Positions 32,401-39,732 of a stretch of 64,000 nt of DNA are shown piece by piece; within the stretch, counting starts at the first letter, position 1; the number at the start of each line of letters is the position of its first letter. The notes beneath the pieces are model-generated. The model made no database searches. It was given only the letters and a program-made list of their open reading frames with translations, and was not told the DNA's origin. The position numbers and the translations under genes are program-made. This DNA comes from Candidatus Sumerlaeia bacterium (GTDB lineage Bacteria > Sumerlaeota > Sumerlaeia > SLMS01 > JANRJK01), in NCBI GenBank assembly GCA_033764015.1, contig JANRJK010000013.1:288001-352000 (forward strand), in the 5' to 3' direction.

Positions 32401-33879
32401 TCGCCCACGCTCGCCGGCGAGGCCGACGACGCGTCCCCGGTCTTCTCGCTCACGGAGGCTCCTCCGGGAATGGACGTCGATCCGGTCACCGGCGAAGTCA
32501 CCTGGGACACGACGGCCGTGCTCCTTCCGCCGGGAGGCCTCGCATCCTTCCGCGTCGTGCTCCGCGCCGACGAAGGCGGCGCCAAGGACCGCATCGCCAT
32601 CCAGGAGTTCGCCGTCAATGTTGAGGATCGCTCCGACAATGTCATCGTCGAGCCAATCCTCCCGCCCTCGCCGAACGACGACGGTGGCTCGGCCTTCATC
32701 GATTCGCAGTATAGCCAGGATGCCATCCTCTACGAAGGCGCGACTCCGGGGGTCGGGGCCACGGTCCTGGTCGCAGGACGCCGCACCCAGGCGGGCGACA
32801 ACGTGAACAACCGGGCCGAGCGCGGCCTCCTCGGCTTCACAACCGCGCTCACCGGCCTCAATGCCCGCACCGCGAGGCTCCGCCTCACGGTCGACGGCAA
32901 GACCGGTGACATCGCGGGGCTCGGCGACCTCGAAGTCTTCCTCGCCGACCCCTACTTCGGCACTACGCAGGGCTGGCAGCGCTCCGACTTCGAAGCGGCC
33001 CCCTCCGTCCCGGGCCGCGTCGGTGTGGTTCCGAACGAGGATCTGGTGAACGCCCAGGTCGGCGACGCCATCTGGATCGACCTCGATCCGGCGCTCGTGC
33101 CCCTCACGGGCAACGTCCAGTTTCGCTTCCAGTTCCAGAACCGCACGGACGGCAACAGCAGCAACGCCAACATCAGGTTCGGAGCCGGAGGCCATTCGGT
33201 GTCCAACCGGCATGTCCGCTCCGACCTCGTCATCGAGTACGATCTCGCGACGACGAACGGATGCGGTCTCAACCCGCCCGGCGGTGGCGCCCGCGTGGTG
33301 CTCGACCCGATCTACTCGATCCCCACCCAGGACGGCGTGGTGGTCGAGTTCCTCGCCAACTCCGACGTCGGCCTGTTGACCGACAACGCGAACGCCGTCG
33401 CCGAGTTCGGCGACACAGCCACCAACCAGCGAGTGAAGGCGCTTCTGGCGTTCGACACGTCCGCCTTGGCCACCTACGGCGCCCCCGCCGTGGTCGGCGC
33501 CAGGCTCTGCCTGACCCGCGAGTCTGTTTCCGGCAACCCGGCGCAGCTCGGTCGCGCGTATCTCGAAATGGTCTGCCCCAACCAGGCGGCCGCCTTCGGT
33601 CCGACCTCCGCCCTCGAGCGCGAGGACTTCGAAGCGTACGCATGGATCACCGACGCCACCGGAGGCATCCCCGCGCTGCCGTCCTCCAATGGCCAAACGG
33701 TCTGCTGGGAACTCTCCGAAGAGGCGCTCGCCGCGCTGAACCACTTCGGACCCACCCAGTTCCGCATCCGCTTCGAAAACGCGGAATCCGACAACGGCGC
33801 GAAGGACACGCTCCGGTTCTACTCCGGCAACGCGCGCGAGAACCTTCGCCCCCGCCTCGAACTGCAGATCGAACAGTGA
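26431..33879 (+). CDS. giant (2482 aa) secreted/surface protein with Ig-like repeats, FN3, putative-Ig domains and two C-terminal DNRLRE/CBM96-like domains
   Basis: Signal peptide; repeated FSEPV..F / D.AGN Ig-like units; NNAPQFTSTP..D.D.D putative-Ig units; tandem C-terminal QDG..LxF..LCLT..DFEA..QFR..RPRLEL domains. Confidence 0.8.
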   Translation: MPSTKRRLRPVTATLRSKLAAAALLALPLVSSAQVNVTFFDVDSPDATAFGLGIIETSDDAVFRIEFSAPVAGVTPDDFAVFDSSFTQVMAGGPQVTAVSGGPSIYTLTLNRNGNSGLFRVGLPTVGDIVPTGGGTVNPPGLFPSATFTAGRPYLVDWLEINPDTGLPFVPPDFPDWGNFAYFRLVFSEPVSGFDSADIGFAQWLGPPPNPDVTVTDGPTTYDVVFDAEGKTGFAVPVITPAATITAVGSGEPLLNDPSFGIGGLQFELSGGPPTASLGLILSPRNTMPDPIFFSYDEPVVNVSPSLLTVERSDGMGGWINVPFTGTLNTITASAYSVDMTYTGGTPDGECRVTLAVGTVEDVDNNPPAAGDTEMFTLDATPPQLASATTTTPGPVSPGNFEYTFTFTEPVTDFGPFDVGKTLTGSAMATVDPGSFVPVPGQPNQARFTVALAGSGTVSLGCIPGGVFDAAGNASAAGAFSTPLTVDAAPPSLTTFTSSVPNPSPATSQVVFTLAWNEVVTGFAGGDIQVVASDLTYTSAVLTDTAGGVLGRDYTFTVSGISAGNAGQLTLTIPADAVTDAAAQGNAQRVQVQRVDGTPPTGTITSSEPSPTFDNLIEWNIAFSEPVELEIFAGGGASLEVTLDLTGTATNSLVSQVHQNPATPDFRNYRFTAIGVAGDGTLRPRVAAGAIEDAVGNVSTVAILGTEIQHLSNLVVGNVAVGTAGTTVTIVGPGDYDISAGANVGGLICGSPIQIRGTTITGNGALTLPIDFQPDVTIYSGAFTVNGTTETVTFPAPQASAFTWNTVPIGVCSISLDGGVSLDGWFDVADFAGNSFRGMRMTDFPGLFRPQLDTFHLGNASCSPSQSGMYFATIVPVVGSPSYLQITPEFLPASRNPVLELTATELNAEGYFQQGAGGHAFYYNDVTTTAAGFEFASFYEPEPGVYVALDELNYNNTGGFEIGSSGTITNAAGNLDATFLFNPPYVTDQPLQELVVHTTTAFGDVPLEGLRLVSSGGGAYLFFDAVASKVTLAGIPFTVDGAPEFNDTDGYSAGTITLVDLNAITFSYDSLVVNTATVTLGGGGLSLLGLAFEVSVTTADTGGLEITGGFELPSNLGSLSNISLAASFSIEEGGGFPRINLTGVQFCTPGSDVIKIKNSNWNLPQLCFEYSQTPPEISADVTVGVPEVFDVAAGGSVRDGKVDRISVGLDGLNKPIGATGAFLQSINAEARNLSRTENEWTETYYVFNPGMAPTEVTRTLSGIPPVRVTGTVGATAGPEIGPFSLMEAEVTTFIDETQVRMDGTMTMVIVDVGGGYLHVRWSGPGSGVAFGGYMTYLLVIRGDINAALDFLGNFAGCAAITIQIPDGLPFEGEQFGGVSVCVTAPPFIIRGCVSILEAQLCMSISEDGNVSFGRARDRGRYLESWDTPYYQPTALTRGVSRNGQEETLYFTMFTNYQLARKAYDYEVAKAPTAQRGGTAVQIPVAAGPGRIIRLTYENDGADPSFLLIAPDMTTYTPAMTLGTIDPDTAGAVFFRGDSRREAGYILRDAQDGQYTLNILNAAALGAYSVEVLVPDSEPFIEITDVAVAGSTLNFEWDDQDPDSDATISLGLDSDRVAANGTQLLTGISEDDPANMASFDLAAQPIQPGFYWPYAIIQDSASGPVVSYATNPIFVPDVDASAPIEDFQVGGSDGNASITFTPVDDPEIVSYKLSWTDDQGDWNLINSTAIPAGESALYLPGFEVNQPYKFVLAAVSLVDSSTMRRAERFRAFELALAQASKTGGFDEQVEWARGALSGFEGQLEPKVSRSIALQAAETARANAKWNPSRRSPKFRSFIEKSATVARNTERRGGTTRRYVDSYFAVADNVVFRRAPGTNNAPQFTSTPPAWVQRGSVYEHQLVAVDPDGDSFSFALDAGPLGLTVSTSGAVTWNTAAQALGDVQVRARATDSLGASATLEWTIGVVTLVEPPPFSFASFPETNAAIGETWTYSPTLAGEADDASPVFSLTEAPPGMDVDPVTGEVTWDTTAVLLPPGGLASFRVVLRADEGGAKDRIAIQEFAVNVEDRSDNVIVEPILPPSPNDDGGSAFIDSQYSQDAILYEGATPGVGATVLVAGRRTQAGDNVNNRAERGLLGFTTALTGLNARTARLRLTVDGKTGDIAGLGDLEVFLADPYFGTTQGWQRSDFEAAPSVPGRVGVVPNEDLVNAQVGDAIWIDLDPALVPLTGNVQFRFQFQNRTDGNSSNANIRFGAGGHSVSNRHVRSDLVIEYDLATTNGCGLNPPGGGARVVLDPIYSIPTQDGVVVEFLANSDVGLLTDNANAVAEFGDTATNQRVKALLAFDTSALATYGAPAVVGARLCLTRESVSGNPAQLGRAYLEMVCPNQAAAFGPTSALEREDFEAYAWITDATGGIPALPSSNGQTVCWELSEEALAALNHFGPTQFRIRFENAESDNGAKDTLRFYSGNARENLRPRLELQIEQ

Positions 33880-33884
33880 CCGCA

Positions 33885-33915
33885 GGAGGCGGGCCCGCCA
33901 AACGGGCCCGCCTCC
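33885..33915 (+). terminator. hairpin after giant protein gene
   Basis: ggaggcgggcccg-ccaaa-cgggcccgcctcc perfect 13-bp stem. Confidence 0.7.
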
Positions 33916-34010
33916 GCTTCCCGGGATCCGTGCCTGGATCCTACGCCCGCTCGGTCATAGCCTCGCCCGGTTCGGCGCCCGGGAAAAATGCGGGGGCCTT
34001 AGCCTAGCAC

Positions 34011-34979
34011 TTAGCCGCCCTCACCGTCCCGGGCGTCGTGCATCTTGAGCGCTTCGATCAATCGCCCCAGCGGCTTCCCTTCGACTTCAATCAGCTTCTC
34101 CGCCTCGTAGCGGAGGTTGCGGATGTTTCCCGCGCTCGCGTCGTCCATGTCGTCCGAGGCCTCGTCGAGGGCGATCTGGAACCGGTAGTAGCGGTTCTCC
34201 GGAAGCAACTGCGAGAGTTGGTAGTGCGTCGCGTCCGAAACCCCGTCGAACATGCAGCTCAGTAGCGGCAGCAACCACCCCGCCTTGCCCCAGCCCTTCG
34301 CGTCCTCGAAGGGGATGGGGCGCGTCAGCTCCCCGGTGCCGAGTGAAACGACCAGGATCTCAGGCTCGTTGGGGAATCGGCGGCGCGCCTCGGCGTAGGC
34401 CGAGAGCGCGGGGCTGTTGATGAACACCCCGCCGTCGATCAACGCGGAAACGGAACCGCCGACTGAAATGCCCGCGGGCTCGAAGTACGTGGGCGCCGCC
34501 GAGGTGGCCCGCGCCGCATGGCGCATCTGCATACTCCGGTGCTCAGCCTTCCAACTCTTGATGAATGTAGGCGTCCGCTGCTGGATATCGTAGCTCGTGA
34601 CGAAGACGTCGCGCAGCGCGGATCCCATTGGCTCCCGCTCGAAGTACTCCTCCAGCACAGCCTCCAGACCCTTGTGGGAGTACTTCTCGTCCGTGACGCC
34701 CCCGGCCGAGGACACGCCTTTCCAAAAGCTTCGGGCGAAGATGTCCTTGCCGCGCTGCTCGTAAAGCTTGGCGACGTCCGACGCCGAGTACCGGGGCAGT
34801 CCCGCCATCGAGCCCGGCCGCGCCAACGCCAGCGAGATGATGCCGCCCGTCGAGGTACCCCCCATCAGGTCGAACATCCGGCACGCCGGCTTGCCGACTT
34901 CCTTCTCCAAATGCGCAAGCACTAGTGCGGGAATGATCCCCCGGATGCCACCGCCATCGATGCTCAAGACGGTTCTCAT
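34011..34979 (-). CDS. patatin-like phospholipase
   Basis: LSIDGGGIRG, GTSTG, SAAPTYF, DGGV, SLGTG. Confidence 0.93.
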   Translation of the reverse strand: MRTVLSIDGGGIRGIIPALVLAHLEKEVGKPACRMFDLMGGTSTGGIISLALARPGSMAGLPRYSASDVAKLYEQRGKDIFARSFWKGVSSAGGVTDEKYSHKGLEAVLEEYFEREPMGSALRDVFVTSYDIQQRTPTFIKSWKAEHRSMQMRHAARATSAAPTYFEPAGISVGGSVSALIDGGVFINSPALSAYAEARRRFPNEPEILVVSLGTGELTRPIPFEDAKGWGKAGWLLPLLSCMFDGVSDATHYQLSQLLPENRYYRFQIALDEASDDMDDASAGNIRNLRYEAEKLIEVEGKPLGRLIEALKMHDARDGEGG

Positions 34980-35324
34980 GACTCCGCTCCAAGTTGGGTT
35001 CCTTGCAGCGGAAGGGCTATCCACGGCGCAAAGTCCGTCAACCTGTTTCGCCCCTTCCGCCGTCACGCCTCAAGACGTTGGGTCGGATCCCCAATGGCCA
35101 CTAATGTGAGCGCCAAAGTCCGATTTGTCTTGCCCACCCGTGCCGACCCCGCGACCCTCCCAACTTAAGCGCGATTCTTGGGGGGAGTTGGCCGATTCGG
35201 ATCGCGAAGCCGATCCACGCCGGGTGTGCCGGCTGGGCTGCGATCCACGAGGTCCGCTTCCTCCGCATGCGCACCGCGCCGCTGCGCGAACCCCGACGGC
35301 CGCGGAACCACCGGAGCGCTCCCC

Positions 35325-36995
35325 ATGAGCCAGACCATGGCACCCGAAGCGGCATGTTCCCCCCGCGTAATCGATACGCTTAGCGAGACCGACGTCGCCT
35401 CATTGATCGACCGCTACGGCTACTCCGCCGAGACGCGCCGCATCATCGCCGAAGAGAACCTGCTCCCGCGCGGCGTCCTGAGCCGCCTCCACGCCGCCTA
35501 CCCCCGCCTGTCCGGCTTCGCAGGCACCCGCCCGTTCCTCTTCAAGGACCGCGCCCAGTACGCCGGCCTCGACGGCTTCCGCGCGGTCGTCGCCATCCTC
35601 GCCGCCAACGGCATCCACATCGGACACCTCGAGGAGCGCGAGCTCTTCATCCGCGTGTACCGATTCCTCGCCTCGCGCCATGCCCTCAACAGCATCGACT
35701 GGTCGAACTACGAGCGCGATTCGGTGTTCCAGTTGATCTTCCCGCAGCCCGGCATGGTGCGCCGCGAGACGACCGGGGCCTACCTCGCCGCCGCCACGGA
35801 GGAGGAGCGCCAGCGCATCCTCGACGACTACCACGAGCAGACCAACCCGCACGACGGCCACCAGCTCCTCAACAAGCCCTGGATCGACAACGGCGACGGC
35901 GGCATCGAGATCCTCGAAGGCAGCCAGCACAAGTACCCCCAGTGCCAGTTGATCTTCGACAAGACCACGCAGAACTGCTTCGCCTTCTGCACCTACTGCT
36001 TCCGCCACGCGCAGGTGCGCGGCGACGAGGACATGTTCCTCCAGCGCGACATCGACCAGGTCCACGCGTACCTCCGCAAGCACACCGAGGTGACCGACGT
36101 GCTCATCACCGGCGGCGACGCGGGCTACATGCCCCCCGCCCGCCTTCGCGCCTACGTCGAGCCGATCGTCGACGACCCCGCGCTGCTGCACATCCGCACG
36201 GTGCGCCTCGGCTCGCGCGCGCTCACGTTCAACCCCGAGATGATCCTCACCCCCGCCTACGACAAGATGCTCGAGGTCTTCGACCTCCTCCGCGACAACG
36301 GCGTCCAGCTCGCCTGGATGGCGCACTTCTCGACGCCGCGCGAATTGCTCAACCCCAGCACCGTAGCCGCCATCCGCCGGCTCCAGCGCCACGGGGTCGT
36401 GATCCGCAGCCAGAGCCCCATGATGAACCACATCAGCCTCTTCACCCGCGAGGACGGCACCGTGGACGTCGAGCGCTCGGCGCAGAACTGGATCGACCTC
36501 GCGAACATCCTCGCCACGCTCCGCATCGGCTTCCATTCGATGTACTGCGCGCGCCCCACCGGCGAGCACCACTACTTCGCCGCGTCGCTCGCCGACGTGG
36601 CCCGCATCGCCAACCTGATCCACCGATCCCTCGCCTCGATCAACCGACCGTCGCGCTACGTCTCCATGACGACCTCCGCCGGCAAGATGTCGATCCTCGG
36701 GACCTGCGAAGTGAACGGCGAGACCGCCTTCGCCCTCAAGTTCACCGAGGGCCGCAACATGCAGTGGATGGACAAGGTCTTCCTCGCCAAGTACAACGAA
36801 ACCGAGCAGCGCGTGGACATGCTCGCGCCCTTCGACACGCAGGAGTTCTTCTTCGCGGAGGAGCTCCGCGCCATCGAGGCGGCGCTCGCGGAGGTCCACG
36901 CCAACCACCGCGCGGCCCCGTCCCGCTGCTGCCACGACGAGGAGCACGCCGAGGAGGCGCTCTTCGCCGCCGCCGCCCCCGCGGTGACCCGATGA
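35325..36995 (+). CDS. KamA-family radical SAM/PLP 2,3-aminomutase-like protein
   Basis: HKY, CFAFCTYCFRH, DVLITGGD, HIRTVRLGSR, MAHF..PREL, RSQSP, SAGK (candidate PLP lysine). Confidence 0.85.
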   Translation: MSQTMAPEAACSPRVIDTLSETDVASLIDRYGYSAETRRIIAEENLLPRGVLSRLHAAYPRLSGFAGTRPFLFKDRAQYAGLDGFRAVVAILAANGIHIGHLEERELFIRVYRFLASRHALNSIDWSNYERDSVFQLIFPQPGMVRRETTGAYLAAATEEERQRILDDYHEQTNPHDGHQLLNKPWIDNGDGGIEILEGSQHKYPQCQLIFDKTTQNCFAFCTYCFRHAQVRGDEDMFLQRDIDQVHAYLRKHTEVTDVLITGGDAGYMPPARLRAYVEPIVDDPALLHIRTVRLGSRALTFNPEMILTPAYDKMLEVFDLLRDNGVQLAWMAHFSTPRELLNPSTVAAIRRLQRHGVVIRSQSPMMNHISLFTREDGTVDVERSAQNWIDLANILATLRIGFHSMYCARPTGEHHYFAASLADVARIANLIHRSLASINRPSRYVSMTTSAGKMSILGTCEVNGETAFALKFTEGRNMQWMDKVFLAKYNETEQRVDMLAPFDTQEFFFAEELRAIEAALAEVHANHRAAPSRCCHDEEHAEEALFAAAAPAVTR

Positions 36996-37702
36996 TCGAC
37001 AAGCGGTGCGCCTCCGCGGCCGACGCGGTGCGCGACATCCGCGACGGCGCCACGGTGATGATCGGCGGATTCGGCGAGGCGGGCAGCCCCGTCGAACTGA
37101 TCCACGCGCTGGTCGACCTCGGCGTCCGCGGCCTCACCGTCGTCAGCAACAACACCGGCAGCGGGCGCGTCGGCCTCGCCGCCCTCATCGCCAACGGCCA
37201 AGTGGCCAAGCTGGTCTGCTCCTACCCGCGAAGCGCGAACTCGACGGTCTTCCCCGAGCTGTACCGCGCCGGGAAGATCGAGCTGGAACTCGTCCCGCAA
37301 GGCACGCTCGCCGAGCGTATCCGCGCGGGGGGCGCCGGCATCCCCGCGTTCTACACCCGCACCGCCGTCGGCACGCAGCTCGCCGTAGGCAAGGAGACCC
37401 GCGTCTTCGGCGGGCGCGAGTACGTCATGGAACTCGGCCTCCGGGCGGACTTCGCGCTCGTCAAGGCGCAGCGGGCGGACCGCTACGGCAACCTCGTCTA
37501 CCGCAAGACGGCGCGCAACTTCGGCCCCGTCATGTGCATGGCCGCGGACACCGCCGTCGTCCAGGTGCGCGAATTCGTCGAGGTCGGCGCCATCGATCCC
37601 GAGTGCGTCGCGACCCCCGGGATCTTCGTCGGCCGCGTCGTCGAGGTCCCCGATCCCGCGCACGAATCCCTCCTCGTGAAGGAAGGACGCAGCTACCCGT
37701 GA
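36992..37702 (+). CDS. pcaI: 3-oxoadipate CoA-transferase subunit A
   Basis: MIDK...DGATVMIGGFG.AG.P.ELI, VSNN, PQGTLAERIRAGGAGI, KTARNFGPVM, TPGIFV; ATGA overlap with upstream gene. Confidence 0.9.
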   Translation: MIDKRCASAADAVRDIRDGATVMIGGFGEAGSPVELIHALVDLGVRGLTVVSNNTGSGRVGLAALIANGQVAKLVCSYPRSANSTVFPELYRAGKIELELVPQGTLAERIRAGGAGIPAFYTRTAVGTQLAVGKETRVFGGREYVMELGLRADFALVKAQRADRYGNLVYRKTARNFGPVMCMAADTAVVQVREFVEVGAIDPECVATPGIFVGRVVEVPDPAHESLLVKEGRSYP

Positions 37703-38382
37703 GCACCTCCGCCGCCCTTGGCTGGACCCGCGAGGACATGGCCCGCATGGCCGCCGCCGACATCCCCGACGGCTCCTACGTGAACCTCGGCATCGGCATC
37801 CCGGAACTCGTCGCGCGCTACGTTCCCGAAGGCCGCGAGCTGATCCTCCACACCGAGAACGGACTCCTCGGCGTCGGCCCCGACCCCGCGCCCGGCGGGG
37901 AGGATCCGGAGCTGATCAACGCGGGCAAGAAGCCCGTCACCGCGATCCCGGGCGCCGCCTACTTCCACCACGCGGACAGCTTCGCCATGATCCGCGGCGG
38001 CCACATCGACGTCTGCGTGCTGGGCGCGATGCAGGTTTCCGCGCGCGGCGACCTCGCCAACTGGTCCACCGGCGAGCAGGACGCGATCCCCGCCGTCGGC
38101 GGCGCCATGGACCTGGTCTCCGGCGTGCGCACGGTCCTCGTCATCACCGAGCACACCACCAAGTCCGGCGAGCCCAAGCTCGTCGCGGAATGCACCTACC
38201 CCCTCACCGGCGGGGGAGTGGTGAGCCGCGTGTACACCAACCTCGCCGTTATCGACGTCACGGACGCGGGATTCGCGCTCCGCGGCCTCGCGCCCGGCGT
38301 CGACTTCGACTTTGTCCAGCAGCGCACCGGCGCCCCGCTCGTCGACGGCCGCCCGCGCATCGCCCCGGAGGCCAACCCATGA
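37699..38382 (+). CDS. pcaJ: 3-oxoadipate CoA-transferase subunit B
   Basis: YVNLGIGIP, HTENG, LINAGK, SFAMIRGGHID, GDLANW, AVGGAMDL, CTYPLTG; GTGA overlap. Confidence 0.9.
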   Translation: MSTSAALGWTREDMARMAAADIPDGSYVNLGIGIPELVARYVPEGRELILHTENGLLGVGPDPAPGGEDPELINAGKKPVTAIPGAAYFHHADSFAMIRGGHIDVCVLGAMQVSARGDLANWSTGEQDAIPAVGGAMDLVSGVRTVLVITEHTTKSGEPKLVAECTYPLTGGGVVSRVYTNLAVIDVTDAGFALRGLAPGVDFDFVQQRTGAPLVDGRPRIAPEANP

Positions 38383-39713
38383 GCAGCGCACCGACCCGCA
38401 GCGAACAGCTTTACCAGCGCGCGCTCCGCGTCCTGCCCGGCGGGGTCAGCCGCAACGCGGTCGTCATGTCGCCGCACCCGATCTACGCCGCACGCGGGGA
38501 GGGCTGCCACGTCACCGACATCGAAGGCGTCCGCCGTGTCGACTTCGTCAACAACATGGCCTCCTTGATCCACGGCCACGCGAACCCCCAGGTCATCGCC
38601 GCGGTCATGGAGCAACTGCACCGGGGCACCGCCTTCGCCATGGCGACAGAGGTCGAGGTCTCGTACGCCGAGTACCTCTGCGGACGCTCGCCATCGTTCG
38701 ACAAGATCCGCTTCGTCAACTCCGGGACCGAAGCCGTGATGACGTGCCTCAAGATGGCGCGCGCCTTCACCGGACGGCCCAAGATCGCGAAGGTCGAGGG
38801 CGCCTACCACGGCATCTACGACTACGCCGAGGTTAGCCAGACCGCCGCGCCCGCCACCTGGGGCGAAGCCGACCATCCGGCCAGCGTCCCCGTCGCGGTT
38901 GGCACTCCGCGGGGCGTGCTCGACGACGTCGTCGTCATCCCCTTCAACGATCCGGCCCGGGCGCTCGAACTGCTCGACGAACACTCCTCGGAAATCGCCT
39001 GCGTCCTCGTCGATCCGCTCCCGCACCGCGTCGGCATGATGCCGGCCAGCCAGGACTTCGTCGGTGCGCTCCACCGCTGGGCGCGGGATGCCGGGGCCTT
39101 GCTCGTGTTCGACGAAGTCATCACCTTCCGCAGCGAGTACGGCGGCGCGCAGGAGTGGTACGGCGTGCGCCCCGACCTCACCGCGATGGGGAAGATGATC
39201 GGCGGCGGCTTTCCCGTCGGTGCCGTCGCCGGACGCGCCGATGTGATGGACGTGCTCAACCCGCTGGCGCCCAAGGTGCTCGTCCCGCACTCGGGCACCT
39301 TCTCGGCCAACCCCGTCACGCTCACTGCGGGCATGGCGGCGATGGAGCTGTTCGACCGCGAGGCGGTCGCGCGCCTCAACGCCCTCGGCGACCGCGCCCG
39401 CCGCCAAATCGCCGAAGCCATCGCCGAGGCGGACGTCCCGGCCTGCGTCACGGGCGCCGGCTCCATGTTCCGCATCCACATGAAGCCCGAGCCCCCCGCC
39501 GACTACCGGGGCGCATTCGCAGGACCGCTCGAAGCCCGCATGACGCGCACGGTGATCGACCACCTCTTCGACCACGGCGTCGCAGTGGTGAATAGCTGCT
39601 CCGGGTTCCTTTCCACGCCGATGACCGGCGCCGAGATCGACCTCCTTGCGGAGCGCCTCGTCGCCGCGTTCCGCGAGGCGCGCGAACTCATGGCCGTCGG
39701 CGCCGCCACCTGA
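38379..39713 (+). CDS. class III (GSA-aminomutase-like) PLP aminotransferase
   Basis: PGGVSR, FVNSGTEA, GAYHG, FDEVIT, PDLTAMGKMIGGGFPVGA, HSGTFSANP; ATGA overlap. Confidence 0.9.
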   Translation: MSSAPTRSEQLYQRALRVLPGGVSRNAVVMSPHPIYAARGEGCHVTDIEGVRRVDFVNNMASLIHGHANPQVIAAVMEQLHRGTAFAMATEVEVSYAEYLCGRSPSFDKIRFVNSGTEAVMTCLKMARAFTGRPKIAKVEGAYHGIYDYAEVSQTAAPATWGEADHPASVPVAVGTPRGVLDDVVVIPFNDPARALELLDEHSSEIACVLVDPLPHRVGMMPASQDFVGALHRWARDAGALLVFDEVITFRSEYGGAQEWYGVRPDLTAMGKMIGGGFPVGAVAGRADVMDVLNPLAPKVLVPHSGTFSANPVTLTAGMAAMELFDREAVARLNALGDRARRQIAEAIAEADVPACVTGAGSMFRIHMKPEPPADYRGAFAGPLEARMTRTVIDHLFDHGVAVVNSCSGFLSTPMTGAEIDLLAERLVAAFREARELMAVGAAT

Positions 39714-39732
39714 CCTCCGCCCGCCGACGCCC

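Noticed and set aside
29782..33744. 1320-aa antisense ORF and the many other long overlapping ORFs in the track
   Set aside because: Shadow frames of high-GC genes: Arg/Ala/Gly-rich, without motifs, and opposite or overlapping well-supported CDSs.
34011..34979. Patatin as a CBASS CapV-type effector
   Set aside because: No CD-NTase or other CBASS gene is adjacent; the motifs are generic patatin.
34980..35324. Lysine or other riboswitch upstream of the aminomutase operon
   Set aside because: Only a small hairpin (GGATCG...CGATCC) is visible and no recognisable aptamer consensus; an Rfam/Infernal search is needed.
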